From a virus (lineage: Duplodnaviria; Heunggongvirae; Uroviricota; Caudoviricetes), in IMG/VR virus record IMGVR_UViG_2671181100_000007, positions 1 to 23,430 of that record: a DNA stretch of 23,430 nucleotides; one strand, given 5' to 3'. This document shows, one piece after another, positions 6,887 to 15,677 of this stretch (position 1 is its first letter; each line of letters begins with the position of its first letter). The notes under the pieces are model-generated. The model ran no database searches. It was not told where the DNA came from and worked only from the letters and a program-made list of their open reading frames with translations. Position numbers and translations under genes: made by a program.

Positions 6887-7687
6887 ATGAACAATATCTA
6901 TATCCCAAAACTCGGTGACGTCGTAATTCCGGGAACTCATCCGAAAAAAGGGCATTTCATGCAGCCGGATTTACCTGTTATCGCAGGGTTGAAAGCGATG
7001 TACATCCACGGCGGAACCTTAGAGCTGAGCATGAGAAACCGTGCCGACAACACCGCTCCACTGACCAAAGTCGGTTCGCCATCGATCCAGGCTGATTTCG
7101 GGGCGGTCTGTAGTTTCGGTAACTGTTTTGATACCGGGAAAGTTTCTACCAAAAACCAGACCCATATCGTGATCTGTAAGCCGGTAAAACCAACGGCGGC
7201 TACCGAAACCCAGCAGGCCTTCATGATGGGTAACTACAGCTATTCCGGCTCACCGGCAGTGTATCGCGGCGACGGACTCGCTTTTCTGTTTTCCGGGCAA
7301 AGTCTTTACGGGGCCTTTGTAGAGGACAATAACGTCACGCCAACGAACATGATCAACTACTACAGCGCGGCATACGACACAACGAAGTGGGCCGCTTTTG
7401 TGGAGCTGGTTGATGGTGACAATGGGATTGCCAGGATTGCTGCCAGGCAGGGAGGACCGCTTAACTGGCAGAACTCGAAAGCGTTGGTCAACCGAACCGC
7501 TTATACCGACCGCACGATCCGGATAGGTTCGCATCATGCGCCCGCTGCATACCCTGCAGGCGCTGCCATTACGATGGGGATGGAGCTGATTTTCGAGACA
7601 GCGCTGACACAGGCGCAGGTTGCTTCCGTTCTCGACAGTATAAGTGCCTATCTCAGTTCGGCATGGGGAATTACCGATTTAGGTTAA
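6887..7687 (+). CDS. Hypothetical protein co-encoded 6 nt downstream of the SGNH fibre gene (possible fibre-associated accessory or second receptor-binding subunit)
   Basis: 266-aa ORF, same strand and cassette as the fibre gene; no recognisable catalytic motif; weak SD. Confidence 0.45.
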   Translation: MNNIYIPKLGDVVIPGTHPKKGHFMQPDLPVIAGLKAMYIHGGTLELSMRNRADNTAPLTKVGSPSIQADFGAVCSFGNCFDTGKVSTKNQTHIVICKPVKPTAATETQQAFMMGNYSYSGSPAVYRGDGLAFLFSGQSLYGAFVEDNNVTPTNMINYYSAAYDTTKWAAFVELVDGDNGIARIAARQGGPLNWQNSKALVNRTAYTDRTIRIGSHHAPAAYPAGAAITMGMELIFETALTQAQVASVLDSISAYLSSAWGITDLG

Positions 7688-7723
7688 ATATATACGTTAC
7701 TGATTACCAGACGGGCAGGTAGA

Positions 7724-7798
7724 GAAAAAATCCCCCTGAGCAGGCACACTCAGGGGGAAAGTACTGCATAACATCATTGCTGTGTGCGTCTTTGCGCG
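7724..7798 (-). repeat. IR2 right copy; contains minus-strand intrinsic terminator (hairpin 7731-7758, U-run from 7725-7730) downstream of the 1113-aa fibre gene
   Basis: TCCCCCTGAG-N8-CTCAGGGGGA with A6 on the plus strand (T6 on minus); about 74 bp inverted identity to 3639-3712. Confidence 0.65.
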
Positions 7799-7861
7799 CA
7801 GCATATTTTCAGAGAAAACCTCCATCGTTTCCAGATGTTTCTTACTATTTCAGACTGTGTA

Positions 7862-10800
7862 CTAACCCTGGTTGTAAAAAAGCCACAAATCAGACAACGT
7901 TGACGCCACAAAACTGATCTCTGACAGCGTGTCTCCCGCAGCATTCGTGCCGTCGAATCCAAAGAACCGTTTAGGGAAGCCAGGCTTTGGCCCGTACTGC
8001 GTTTTCAGTTTATCCAGCAGACTGCCCGCTGCCGATAACGCTGATGGCCGGTCTGAAAAAAACAGCGGCAGCAGCGCAAAGGTGATGGTATTGGCAGCAC
8101 CCCGGCGGCTTTCGGAAATGCAAAAATCCACCTCCTTAAACGCCCCCATTCCGCTGGTCGCGGACAGAATGAAATTAACCAGGTCAAAGGCCGGTTTACG
8201 GTCCAGCAGTCTGCAGGCTAACAGATAGTTGTTAACGGCATAGCTGGCGTAGTGCAGGTACATCGCCCGGCTCGGGTATTCCGTCGCTGCATCCTGCAGA
8301 ATTCCTTCCGCCTTCATAAACTGGTTACGGTCCGTCAGCAGCGCCTCAACAGCATTAAAGGCTGTCAGGTAATGCCCGCTGCTGTCCTGCCCGGTATAAA
8401 TCCCCAGCGCCAGCGCCCGCAGTCCCGTGGCATTGGCATTACTGGCACCAATCCCGGTGGCTGTGCCAGCAATCTGAATACCGCCGTTGGCGGCCCAGTA
8501 CGTATAGACGGCATCCGCCAGGCTTTTTATCCCCGCCTTCAGCTCGGTAATTTTGGCCGGGTCACCCGCCTTCACCGCCATTTTGTAGAGCCACTCGTAA
8601 CAGGGAATGCTCAGACGCGACTGAAACTGCAGCCCCCACCACCCGCCGGTATACGCGGCCCCCGGATTGATGATGGAGCCCTTATCCAGTGCCATGTAAT
8701 TTTTAAAGGTGGCGTACACCGTATCCAGATCACCGGTGCCATAACGGGCCAGCAGGAAAATGTCCGCCGGTACACAATAAAATGCCGGATATTCCAGTTT
8801 ACCTTCACCGTTGATGAATGGCATGCCACCGCCATATTGGCGGGCGTCTTCCGATTTCCACCACTCCACTGAACCGCGAATATGGCAGGCCATTTTTTCC
8901 AGCAGATCCTGACGGATAACGCCCGCATAACCACAGTCACCCGCAAATCCTACCGGGCGGTTAAGTGCCTGGCTGTTAATGAGGGCATTCGTGGCATTCG
9001 ACGCCGCCGCTGTCACACTGTTATCGCAGTCAATCCACAGCTCGTGTGTCCAGGTCCAGCCTTTTTTCACCGGCCAGTTCAGGAACGAATAATCGGTAAT
9101 ATTCGATGAACCATACCGCCATCCGGCATCAATGCGGGTGTACGCTGCCCCGTCGGGTACCAGCGCCGTACCGCGAACCGGACGGTTTGGCCCGTAGGTT
9201 GGCCCGTCCCGGTGAACGTCTCCGTTTGCATAGACCAGCGCCGCCGTAAAGCGTTTACCCGTTGTGGCATCGGTAAAGTAAGCCAGCGCACGGGAGGTGT
9301 CGTAGGTGTACACTCCGTCGTTAAGCAGAAGTCGGGAGTACACCCCGAACAGCACGCCAACGGGAATATCCTGCATCGCCGTATTCATGACACGGACAGA
9401 AACCTTCCCGTTTCTGAACAGACGGTACCGGACTGTTGCCATCAGGGCGCCCTCTGCCAGCGTGTTTCCGGCCCGGTTACGTACCGTCATTTCCAGCTCG
9501 GTAAAGACCGGCCCTGTGTTCACCAGCCGGATGGATGCCCCCAGAATAAGCCGCTCATCCACCGCCACCCCGGCAACCACCTGGCTGTAATAGCAGCCGT
9601 GTGTAATGTTATGAACAATACCCGCCGGGTCGGTAATGCTGGTCAGGGCAAATCCCTGCTGGCGTAAAAAGGTGTATTTGTACCCGCTGACCGTCACGCT
9701 GTAACCGTCGGCAGTCTTCACCAGCTGCGGCCAGGAGCCAGAGGCCAGATCAGTCCGGCGACGGTTCCAGGCTTTCACCTCGTAATACTTCTGCGCACCA
9801 CTGGACAGCGAATCCAGAATGAAAACAGACCCTGCCGCCAGGGAGCCATCCGCGTGATAGCTGATATTCGACTTCTGACGCGGGTTAACATGGATATCAT
9901 CAGCAAACTGGGCATCAAACGTATTACCGTCAGTATCTGTCACCAGCAGGGCATCGGAATCCGGGACGTCACCGGGTGAGAAACTGACCCTGATTTCTAC
10001 CGGATAATTAACGTACCCGGCTGAAAGGGTATTTTTGACGTCCGTACCTTTTCGCTGATAGTTACCCACCCGCACCGATCGCACCACTTTACGCCGCCAG
10101 ACGGCATAACTTCCTGCCGGAAGGACAGCCAGACCGGATGTGGTGAAGCCTTCAGTGCTGACGGTATAGTCACCGGCAGGCAACAGGGCTTTGAAATAAT
10201 CCTCAAACCCGGTCTGTGCGATAGTGGTATCGTACGCCGCATATCCGGCAAACAGGCAATCCGGAGCAATAGTTTTCAGGTAGTCTCCCACCGTGGCGGC
10301 AGTAAAGCCCGCAGCAGTCAGCTCTGCCAGGGTGACCACAAACTGAATGGCATTCGCAATTGCCGTACCCGAAATGGACTTCCTCGTCACCGACGTGACC
10401 AGTCCGGCCTGAGCGGGGGCGAATTTCCCGGTTAAGTCCAGCGCGATATAGTTTGAACCGGCCACCGGGACGCCGAAGCCAGCAGGCAGGTCATAGCGCA
10501 CCCGGACCAGCGTTGCGGTGGTTTCCAGAATGCCCACATACTTCAGGTCCCGGAACCGGAAGAGGCGATAGGCTGACCAGAATTTTCCCTGAGCGTACTG
10601 CGTCTTTGTTCCCGGCAGTACAAAGGCCATCACTTCAGAACCCGCTGAAGAAAATACCAGCCGACTGTAAACCGTGTTCACATCCGACGTTGTCGCCAGG
10701 GTACGCAGTTCAATTACTGAATCTTCCGGTAGCATCAGCGCAGGGTCGTCCAGCAGCTTTAACCCTGTCAGATCCTGGTAGTCGCCATATTGTCGCTTAA

Positions 10801-11203
10801 TACCTTCCCGGTCTGTCAGCGTCGCTGTATATGCCAGCCCCGCTTCAACCCCTTCCTGCGAGAGCATTTTCCGCCCCGTGGCCGTTAGTGTCCCTGCCAC
10901 GTTCATATACTCTGTAGCCAGCGCGCTGCCGTCCTGGCTGCGCACGTAGGTTGTGGCGTTCACAGGGATATTCGCGATATCTGCCTGCGCTGCCGTCAGG
11001 GTCATGTACTGCTTACTGAGCGGGATGATGTTCTGCCGAATTTCGTCATTCTTTGCCATCATCTGGCGCCAGGTATCGAGCGGTTCGCCTGCGCGGTCGT
11101 TAACCGTTCCGGCCGGACCGTTAACCAGCTCGTCAGCGCGCTTGACGTTATCCAGGAATATTTCAGGCGTCGTCGTTCCCAAAGGCGGGTTAAGTTCGGC
11201 CAT
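7862..11203 (-). CDS. Tail fibre/tailspike protein (1113 aa) with shared N-terminal anchor domain and large unassigned C-terminal region (candidate receptor-binding or polysaccharide-degrading domain); the cassette currently in the expressed orientation
   Basis: ATGGCC start inside the right IR, 23 bp after the gix-like site; same strand as the upstream tail operon; N-terminal ~115 aa homologous to the 4934 ORF. Confidence 0.8.
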   Translation of the reverse strand: MAELNPPLGTTTPEIFLDNVKRADELVNGPAGTVNDRAGEPLDTWRQMMAKNDEIRQNIIPLSKQYMTLTAAQADIANIPVNATTYVRSQDGSALATEYMNVAGTLTATGRKMLSQEGVEAGLAYTATLTDREGIKRQYGDYQDLTGLKLLDDPALMLPEDSVIELRTLATTSDVNTVYSRLVFSSAGSEVMAFVLPGTKTQYAQGKFWSAYRLFRFRDLKYVGILETTATLVRVRYDLPAGFGVPVAGSNYIALDLTGKFAPAQAGLVTSVTRKSISGTAIANAIQFVVTLAELTAAGFTAATVGDYLKTIAPDCLFAGYAAYDTTIAQTGFEDYFKALLPAGDYTVSTEGFTTSGLAVLPAGSYAVWRRKVVRSVRVGNYQRKGTDVKNTLSAGYVNYPVEIRVSFSPGDVPDSDALLVTDTDGNTFDAQFADDIHVNPRQKSNISYHADGSLAAGSVFILDSLSSGAQKYYEVKAWNRRRTDLASGSWPQLVKTADGYSVTVSGYKYTFLRQQGFALTSITDPAGIVHNITHGCYYSQVVAGVAVDERLILGASIRLVNTGPVFTELEMTVRNRAGNTLAEGALMATVRYRLFRNGKVSVRVMNTAMQDIPVGVLFGVYSRLLLNDGVYTYDTSRALAYFTDATTGKRFTAALVYANGDVHRDGPTYGPNRPVRGTALVPDGAAYTRIDAGWRYGSSNITDYSFLNWPVKKGWTWTHELWIDCDNSVTAAASNATNALINSQALNRPVGFAGDCGYAGVIRQDLLEKMACHIRGSVEWWKSEDARQYGGGMPFINGEGKLEYPAFYCVPADIFLLARYGTGDLDTVYATFKNYMALDKGSIINPGAAYTGGWWGLQFQSRLSIPCYEWLYKMAVKAGDPAKITELKAGIKSLADAVYTYWAANGGIQIAGTATGIGASNANATGLRALALGIYTGQDSSGHYLTAFNAVEALLTDRNQFMKAEGILQDAATEYPSRAMYLHYASYAVNNYLLACRLLDRKPAFDLVNFILSATSGMGAFKEVDFCISESRRGAANTITFALLPLFFSDRPSALSAAGSLLDKLKTQYGPKPGFPKRFFGFDGTNAAGDTLSEISFVASTLSDLWLFYNQG

Positions 11204-11251
11204 GTTTTTTGCTCCAAAAAAGGCGTTCGCCCAAACGAGGGTTTGAGCGAA
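11198..11251. repeat. Right inverted repeat (54 bp) containing gix/hix-like site (11226-11251; minus strand TTCGCTCAAACC-CT-CGTTTGGGCGAA)
   Basis: Inverted copy of 4886-4939 with one mismatch; lies between the J-like gene stop (11280) and the fibre start (11203). Confidence 0.75.
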
Positions 11252-11279
11252 AGAAAAGTTGAAAGGGATTTTTTTGGTA

Positions 11280-14200
11280 TTAAGCAGCGTCGCCGGGGTA
11301 TGTGGCGTCGTCGTACTGGTAGAACGATTCGAGGTATTCTTTAGCGGTGACCTGGCATGTTCCGTCAGACTGCGGGGCGATCTCCTCTACAATGGCGTCG
11401 TAGACGTGGCGCGTTGATCCGCAGAACACCAGGCGGATCGGCTCGATGGTTGCCGACGACAGGTCAACCTTCATCGGGTCATCAAACTCGCTCAGGTGCG
11501 GGACTGACAGCTGAAAATCGCCTACCCTGCTCGCCACCATCAGCCCGGATGCAGAACCATCCTGATAGCGGATCAGCGCGCGGGGATTTTCGAAAGACCA
11601 GTCCAGCGGCTCCGTAACGGTGAACGTTGTCACGCCACCAGCCGTTGTCATCGCCTCCACCAGACAGGAAATCGTGTTGTTACCCGGAATATCATCCGTG
11701 AGCACAATGCGATCGCCCAAGTTGTAGCACAGCGCGTCCAGCTCGGTAGTGGTCTGGAACGTCACCCGCTGCTGCAGGTATTTCATCAGGCGACGCATGC
11801 CGAGCTGGTAGGCGTGATCCTGATTCAGTACCCCATCGAGTTTGTAGTTTTCGATTTTCACTGGCGTTGGATTGTCCGACGTCCGGCATTTAACGGTCTC
11901 CTCTGCCCAGGTGACGCCGTTGATGTACGTCACGTCGACGCCATCAAAATCATCGTCAGACGGTACGATAAATCCGCTTTGCAGCTCCTCCACCATCTCA
12001 TGCGGAGTGATCACGCCAGTCCAGGGCTTAATCCCCTCACGGTTGACCGTCGCCAGGCCATCGCTCAACAGGAAGCGGGACTTCCCGGCATTGGCTATCT
12101 TCTGCAGCATTTCCAGCGCTGAGATACTGTCGCCGGTAGCGAAATCGAAATACTCTCCCCGTGGCGTCCAGTACGCAGACTCCAGCGCGTTGATGGTGTC
12201 GGCATCCATCTCCAGTCCCAGCGAGTTCCCGACATGCAGCAGCGCCCCAGAAATGGTTCTGGCCGTTCCTGAGTCATAGGCCCGCGTGGCCACCACGTTT
12301 ACGCGGCGGTCCGACTGAGCCGCCAATTTGCCCCCCGTCTCAACGGTCACCGCCATCAGCGACACGCCGGGATAGGATGAAGGGCGCGTCAGCAGTCGCC
12401 CGCGCAGTGCCTGCCAGTACATCGAATCCCTGGCGTTGTTTGAGCCCTGCTCATTGCGCCGGCGACAGCGAACCTCTACCAGCCCTGGTGAGCTGAGGGT
12501 GATCCGCTCAGTGAATCCCAGCCCGTTGACGTTTTTAAGCGCATACTCTCCCTGGTGACTCACCCACCCCGATCCGGAACCGTAGACGCGATACTGAATC
12601 TCCCACTCCACGTGGCGGATCCGTTTTTTGCCCTTACTGTCAAAGCCACAGATGCCGTTCGGGAAGGAGAAATTCACCTCGAATGCATCCACCACTTCAT
12701 TCTCAGGGCAAACCAGGAACGGCCCCAGCCAGCTCAGCGTGTCGTTAAGACCAGTGGCCTCATAGTCGATCATCGTCCGGGCGGAGAATCCCGGCCATGA
12801 CTCATCAACGGCACCGGAAACCAGGCGCACCACCGTCGCCGTCGTGCCGTCAGCTGACACAATCCGGTACTCATTCCCGCGGTGAGCAAGTGAAAGCCGT
12901 TGCACCCCCTCCGGCATCCCGGAGAATGCAGTGCCCGTGGCGCTGTTATAGGCAAGCGTCACATTCGCCGTTACCGCCGGGCTGCCGCCGGTTGATGCCG
13001 TGCCGGAGGTGTAAACCGGAGCATCACCGAAAACAGCTGCAGGCAGCGAAGAGGACGTGATCGCCCCACCCGCGAACGGACTGGCCGACTCGGTTATCAG
13101 TACGGTGCCGCCGTTGTCCTGTGCAACCAGGCCGGAGCCAGTGAGTCCCTCGGTGATGGCCGCCAGCAGTCCCGACATCGAGACATAGTTAGCCACCAGC
13201 GACACCGGGTAGGTAACCCCCTGCCAGGTGATCGTGAACGTGCTGGAGCTGGTCGAAAAATCGTAGGTGGTCGGGGCCGCACTGGCCTGGACTTTTGCCG
13301 CACTCCCCCCGGTGCCGGGCACTGCAGCCTGACCGGGGGTATATGACGCGATAAACAGATCGTAATCGACAGAGTTAAACCCCAGCGTCACCGGCATTCC
13401 AACCACCGGCGCGATCTCCGTCAGCAGCGGGCTGGCGATAACGCTGTATCCAGCCGCCGTGGTGATCTGGTAGTTCGCCGGGGCTTTCAGTTCGACCACG
13501 GCGCCAGCGACCCAACTGGGCGGCAGTGCGTTATCGTTCTCGTCATTATCGTCATCATCATCCGTATCCAGCCCGGTAAACGTTACGCTCGAACCGGATA
13601 CGGTCATGCTGTCTGCGATAATGTCGTCTGCGTCCGGCGACGTCTGGGCCATATCCAGCCCGGTGCCGGATGACGTCCCGCCCACTTCGGTGGAGTTGAC
13701 CCAGTTTTCGCTGCGCTCATCACCGGAAACGTCCGCGCCTGGCGGGTAATGGGTGCTGCTGAATCCCGGTAGCGTTGAAGCTGGCGTACTGCCAACCCGG
13801 ATATCGCCATTGGTATAAATCAGATCACCGACACCGAGACACAGCAGCATCTGGACGCGCATTTTCGTAGGATCGGCGGCATCAAACCGGGTAACGGGCT
13901 GCACGACATAATCCGGATAAATACGCACGCGCCCAAAAACTTCACGAATCGCATCACCCAGTTTCGCGCTGTTTCCTTTAGCGGGGTTCAGGTCGAGGCT
14001 TCGACCTGTGGATGACGTATAGCCGCCGGCATCAATGTTACTCATCATGAACAATGAATAAGCCGCAGATGCGACGGCAATGCCCACTCCTATCCAGGCA
14101 ATTGTCGCGGCCTCAAGCCCGAAAGGCACCGGATAAAGCCGGACATCACTATCAGGGTGGATCACGAAAATAGCCCATTCGCCTGGCGGAATTGACTGCC

Positions 14201-14348
14201 CCTCAACCTCAACGGTCAGCGGTGGGACATCCCGATCCTCGTAGCCTTCAACATTTGCCACCAGCCAGCTGCGAATACTGGTTACACCATGCTCATGCGT
14301 TTCGAGTGGTTCACCGGGAAGCCGGGACGGGTAAAAACGAATGGTCAT
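11280..14348 (-). CDS. Tail tip / host-specificity protein (J-like central fibre, 1022 aa)
   Basis: Large ORF at the distal end of the tail module, translationally coupled (ATGA overlap) to the NlpC/P60 gene; N-terminal hydrophobic segment; acidic run TDDDDDNDEND. Confidence 0.7.
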   Translation of the reverse strand: MTIRFYPSRLPGEPLETHEHGVTSIRSWLVANVEGYEDRDVPPLTVEVEGQSIPPGEWAIFVIHPDSDVRLYPVPFGLEAATIAWIGVGIAVASAAYSLFMMSNIDAGGYTSSTGRSLDLNPAKGNSAKLGDAIREVFGRVRIYPDYVVQPVTRFDAADPTKMRVQMLLCLGVGDLIYTNGDIRVGSTPASTLPGFSSTHYPPGADVSGDERSENWVNSTEVGGTSSGTGLDMAQTSPDADDIIADSMTVSGSSVTFTGLDTDDDDDNDENDNALPPSWVAGAVVELKAPANYQITTAAGYSVIASPLLTEIAPVVGMPVTLGFNSVDYDLFIASYTPGQAAVPGTGGSAAKVQASAAPTTYDFSTSSSTFTITWQGVTYPVSLVANYVSMSGLLAAITEGLTGSGLVAQDNGGTVLITESASPFAGGAITSSSLPAAVFGDAPVYTSGTASTGGSPAVTANVTLAYNSATGTAFSGMPEGVQRLSLAHRGNEYRIVSADGTTATVVRLVSGAVDESWPGFSARTMIDYEATGLNDTLSWLGPFLVCPENEVVDAFEVNFSFPNGICGFDSKGKKRIRHVEWEIQYRVYGSGSGWVSHQGEYALKNVNGLGFTERITLSSPGLVEVRCRRRNEQGSNNARDSMYWQALRGRLLTRPSSYPGVSLMAVTVETGGKLAAQSDRRVNVVATRAYDSGTARTISGALLHVGNSLGLEMDADTINALESAYWTPRGEYFDFATGDSISALEMLQKIANAGKSRFLLSDGLATVNREGIKPWTGVITPHEMVEELQSGFIVPSDDDFDGVDVTYINGVTWAEETVKCRTSDNPTPVKIENYKLDGVLNQDHAYQLGMRRLMKYLQQRVTFQTTTELDALCYNLGDRIVLTDDIPGNNTISCLVEAMTTAGGVTTFTVTEPLDWSFENPRALIRYQDGSASGLMVASRVGDFQLSVPHLSEFDDPMKVDLSSATIEPIRLVFCGSTRHVYDAIVEEIAPQSDGTCQVTAKEYLESFYQYDDATYPGDAA

Positions 14349-14725
14349 TGCCAGAACTCCACGCGAACAAAGCGCCGCTTAAATCGCGGCAACGGCAGAA
14401 AAGTTACGTTCGTGCCTGGGTTGCATTCCGCCACATGCAACAGACCATCGATACTGACTACGATCCCTACATGGGTGACAGTCGACCCGGAATAACAGGC
14501 CACCCCGGCCCCTTCGCAGGGTTCGCAGCGCTCAAGGGTAAGCATCATCCGGCGCGCTTCCCGGTCGAGGCCGCCGTTGTCTTTGGTGACCCCGGCAAAA
14601 TCGGGCCAGACGGGTAAATTCAGGTCGCGGCGTATCTCGTTCACAATGCCGAAACAGTCGAGTTGCGGGTATACGCGCCCGCCCTTCAGCCAGGTGACTG
14701 AACGGTATTTATCAGGGTTAAACAT
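14345..14725 (-). CDS. NlpC/P60 (C40 peptidase)-family tail protein
   Basis: 126 aa with Cys in DCFGIV and His in THVGIVV, spaced as in NlpC/P60 catalytic cores; position matches tail-tip assembly genes. Confidence 0.65.
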   Translation of the reverse strand: MFNPDKYRSVTWLKGGRVYPQLDCFGIVNEIRRDLNLPVWPDFAGVTKDNGGLDREARRMMLTLERCEPCEGAGVACYSGSTVTHVGIVVSIDGLLHVAECNPGTNVTFLPLPRFKRRFVRVEFWQ

Positions 14726-14734
14726 TGGAATTCC

Positions 14735-15217
14735 TTAGCTGATATAACGCAGTCCGGGGAATACAGGGAGCGTGTAGCGGTAACGCGGCCAGGCGGTATC
14801 AAGGATATTCATATAACCCGCGGTAATCTGCACCTCTGTCGCCGTCCAGGAGCCCGACTTGATTTTCAGCGTATACGGCACTTCCGCAGGGGCCGCCAAA
14901 TCCGTGGAGATATAACGCCGGTACGTCAGCGATGCAGGCAATCTGTTAGCCAGGGCATTGCGGATCGCCGTGGACACAACACCATCGATATTGCACAGGG
15001 CAAATTTGAGGTCCTGCGTGCCGTCCGCATTGCGCGCCGGCAGAGCAATGTCTATCGCACAGGCGGAAAACGTTACGGTATCGCCGTTCTCCGTCGTTGC
15101 CGTAATACCCTCGTAGCCCTGGCACAGATAATGGACGTCAGAACCAATGGTGATCTGCAGCGTTTCAATGATCACCTCCGGTCCGCTGCTGGCGTAGAGG
15201 CGTTTAATCTGCGTCAT
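14735..15217 (-). CDS. Minor tail protein (distal tail), start taken at internal ATG 15217
   Basis: ORF in the tail operon between the M-like and NlpC/P60 genes; longer ORF-track version (to 15304) would overlap the upstream gene by 100 nt. Confidence 0.5.
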   Translation of the reverse strand: MTQIKRLYASSGPEVIIETLQITIGSDVHYLCQGYEGITATTENGDTVTFSACAIDIALPARNADGTQDLKFALCNIDGVVSTAIRNALANRLPASLTYRRYISTDLAAPAEVPYTLKIKSGSWTATEVQITAGYMNILDTAWPRYRYTLPVFPGLRYIS

Positions 15218-15677
15218 GCTTCGGCCACTCCTTATTAAGCGCAATATCCAGAAGAGACTGTCCCGCAAGCCATTCCGGGTAATGGCCCCAACCAACTGGG
15301 GCAAGAGGTCTCTCTCTTAATTCAACTATTGCCGAATAACGCCACAAGCCTGGTTTAATGAATGAGGGTCCCTTATAAATCCCTTTAAATCGACATTTAA
15401 AAAACTTTAATCCAACTGGAGTTTTACATTTCATGTAAAACCATGCTGCACCATCAGTTAAAACGTCTCTATACCACGATTCAAATACCTGTGCATGCGC
15501 ATCACTTTTAAATTGCCATACAACAGTATTATTAGTTGGTACTGATGTATATTTTCTACGCTGTCTGGCAAGCCCTCCAATCCTGTCGGTTCTAATCATT
15601 GGATCTATTGGTTCAAATCCATAATTATCGTACGTCGGTCCGGGTATGTATTCATGAGGATAATATATATCGGTCAT
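15204..15677 (-). CDS. Minor tail protein (possibly lambda gpM-like); low-GC patch
   Basis: ATG overlaps the tape-measure stop (TAATG coupling); weak resemblance to the gpM pattern; clearly more AT-rich than its neighbours. Confidence 0.5.
   Translation of the reverse strand: MTDIYYPHEYIPGPTYDNYGFEPIDPMIRTDRIGGLARQRRKYTSVPTNNTVVWQFKSDAHAQVFESWYRDVLTDGAAWFYMKCKTPVGLKFFKCRFKGIYKGPSFIKPGLWRYSAIVELRERPLAPVGWGHYPEWLAGQSLLDIALNKEWPKHDAD

Larger units (their letters stand above)
4912..11225. other. Predicted invertible DNA segment (~6.3 kb) carrying two alternative tail-fibre cassettes in opposite orientation
   Basis: Bounded by the inverted gix-like sites; adjacent invertase gene; fibre ORFs begin 23 bp inside each site. 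Confidence 0.6.

Noticed and set aside
8252-9667. Several 90-200 aa plus-strand ORFs (8252-8872, 8882-9109, 9212-9667, 9306-9590) and similar ones inside 11280-14348 and 4934-6880
   Set aside because: All are embedded antisense or out-of-frame in long, high-GC, homology-supported genes; Arg/Pro/Gly-rich translations typical of spurious ORFs in GC-rich coding DNA.
15218-15304. Longer version of the minor tail ORF (14735-15304)
   Set aside because: Would overlap the upstream gene by 100 nt; the internal ATG at 15217 gives a 14-nt overlap typical of coupled phage late genes.
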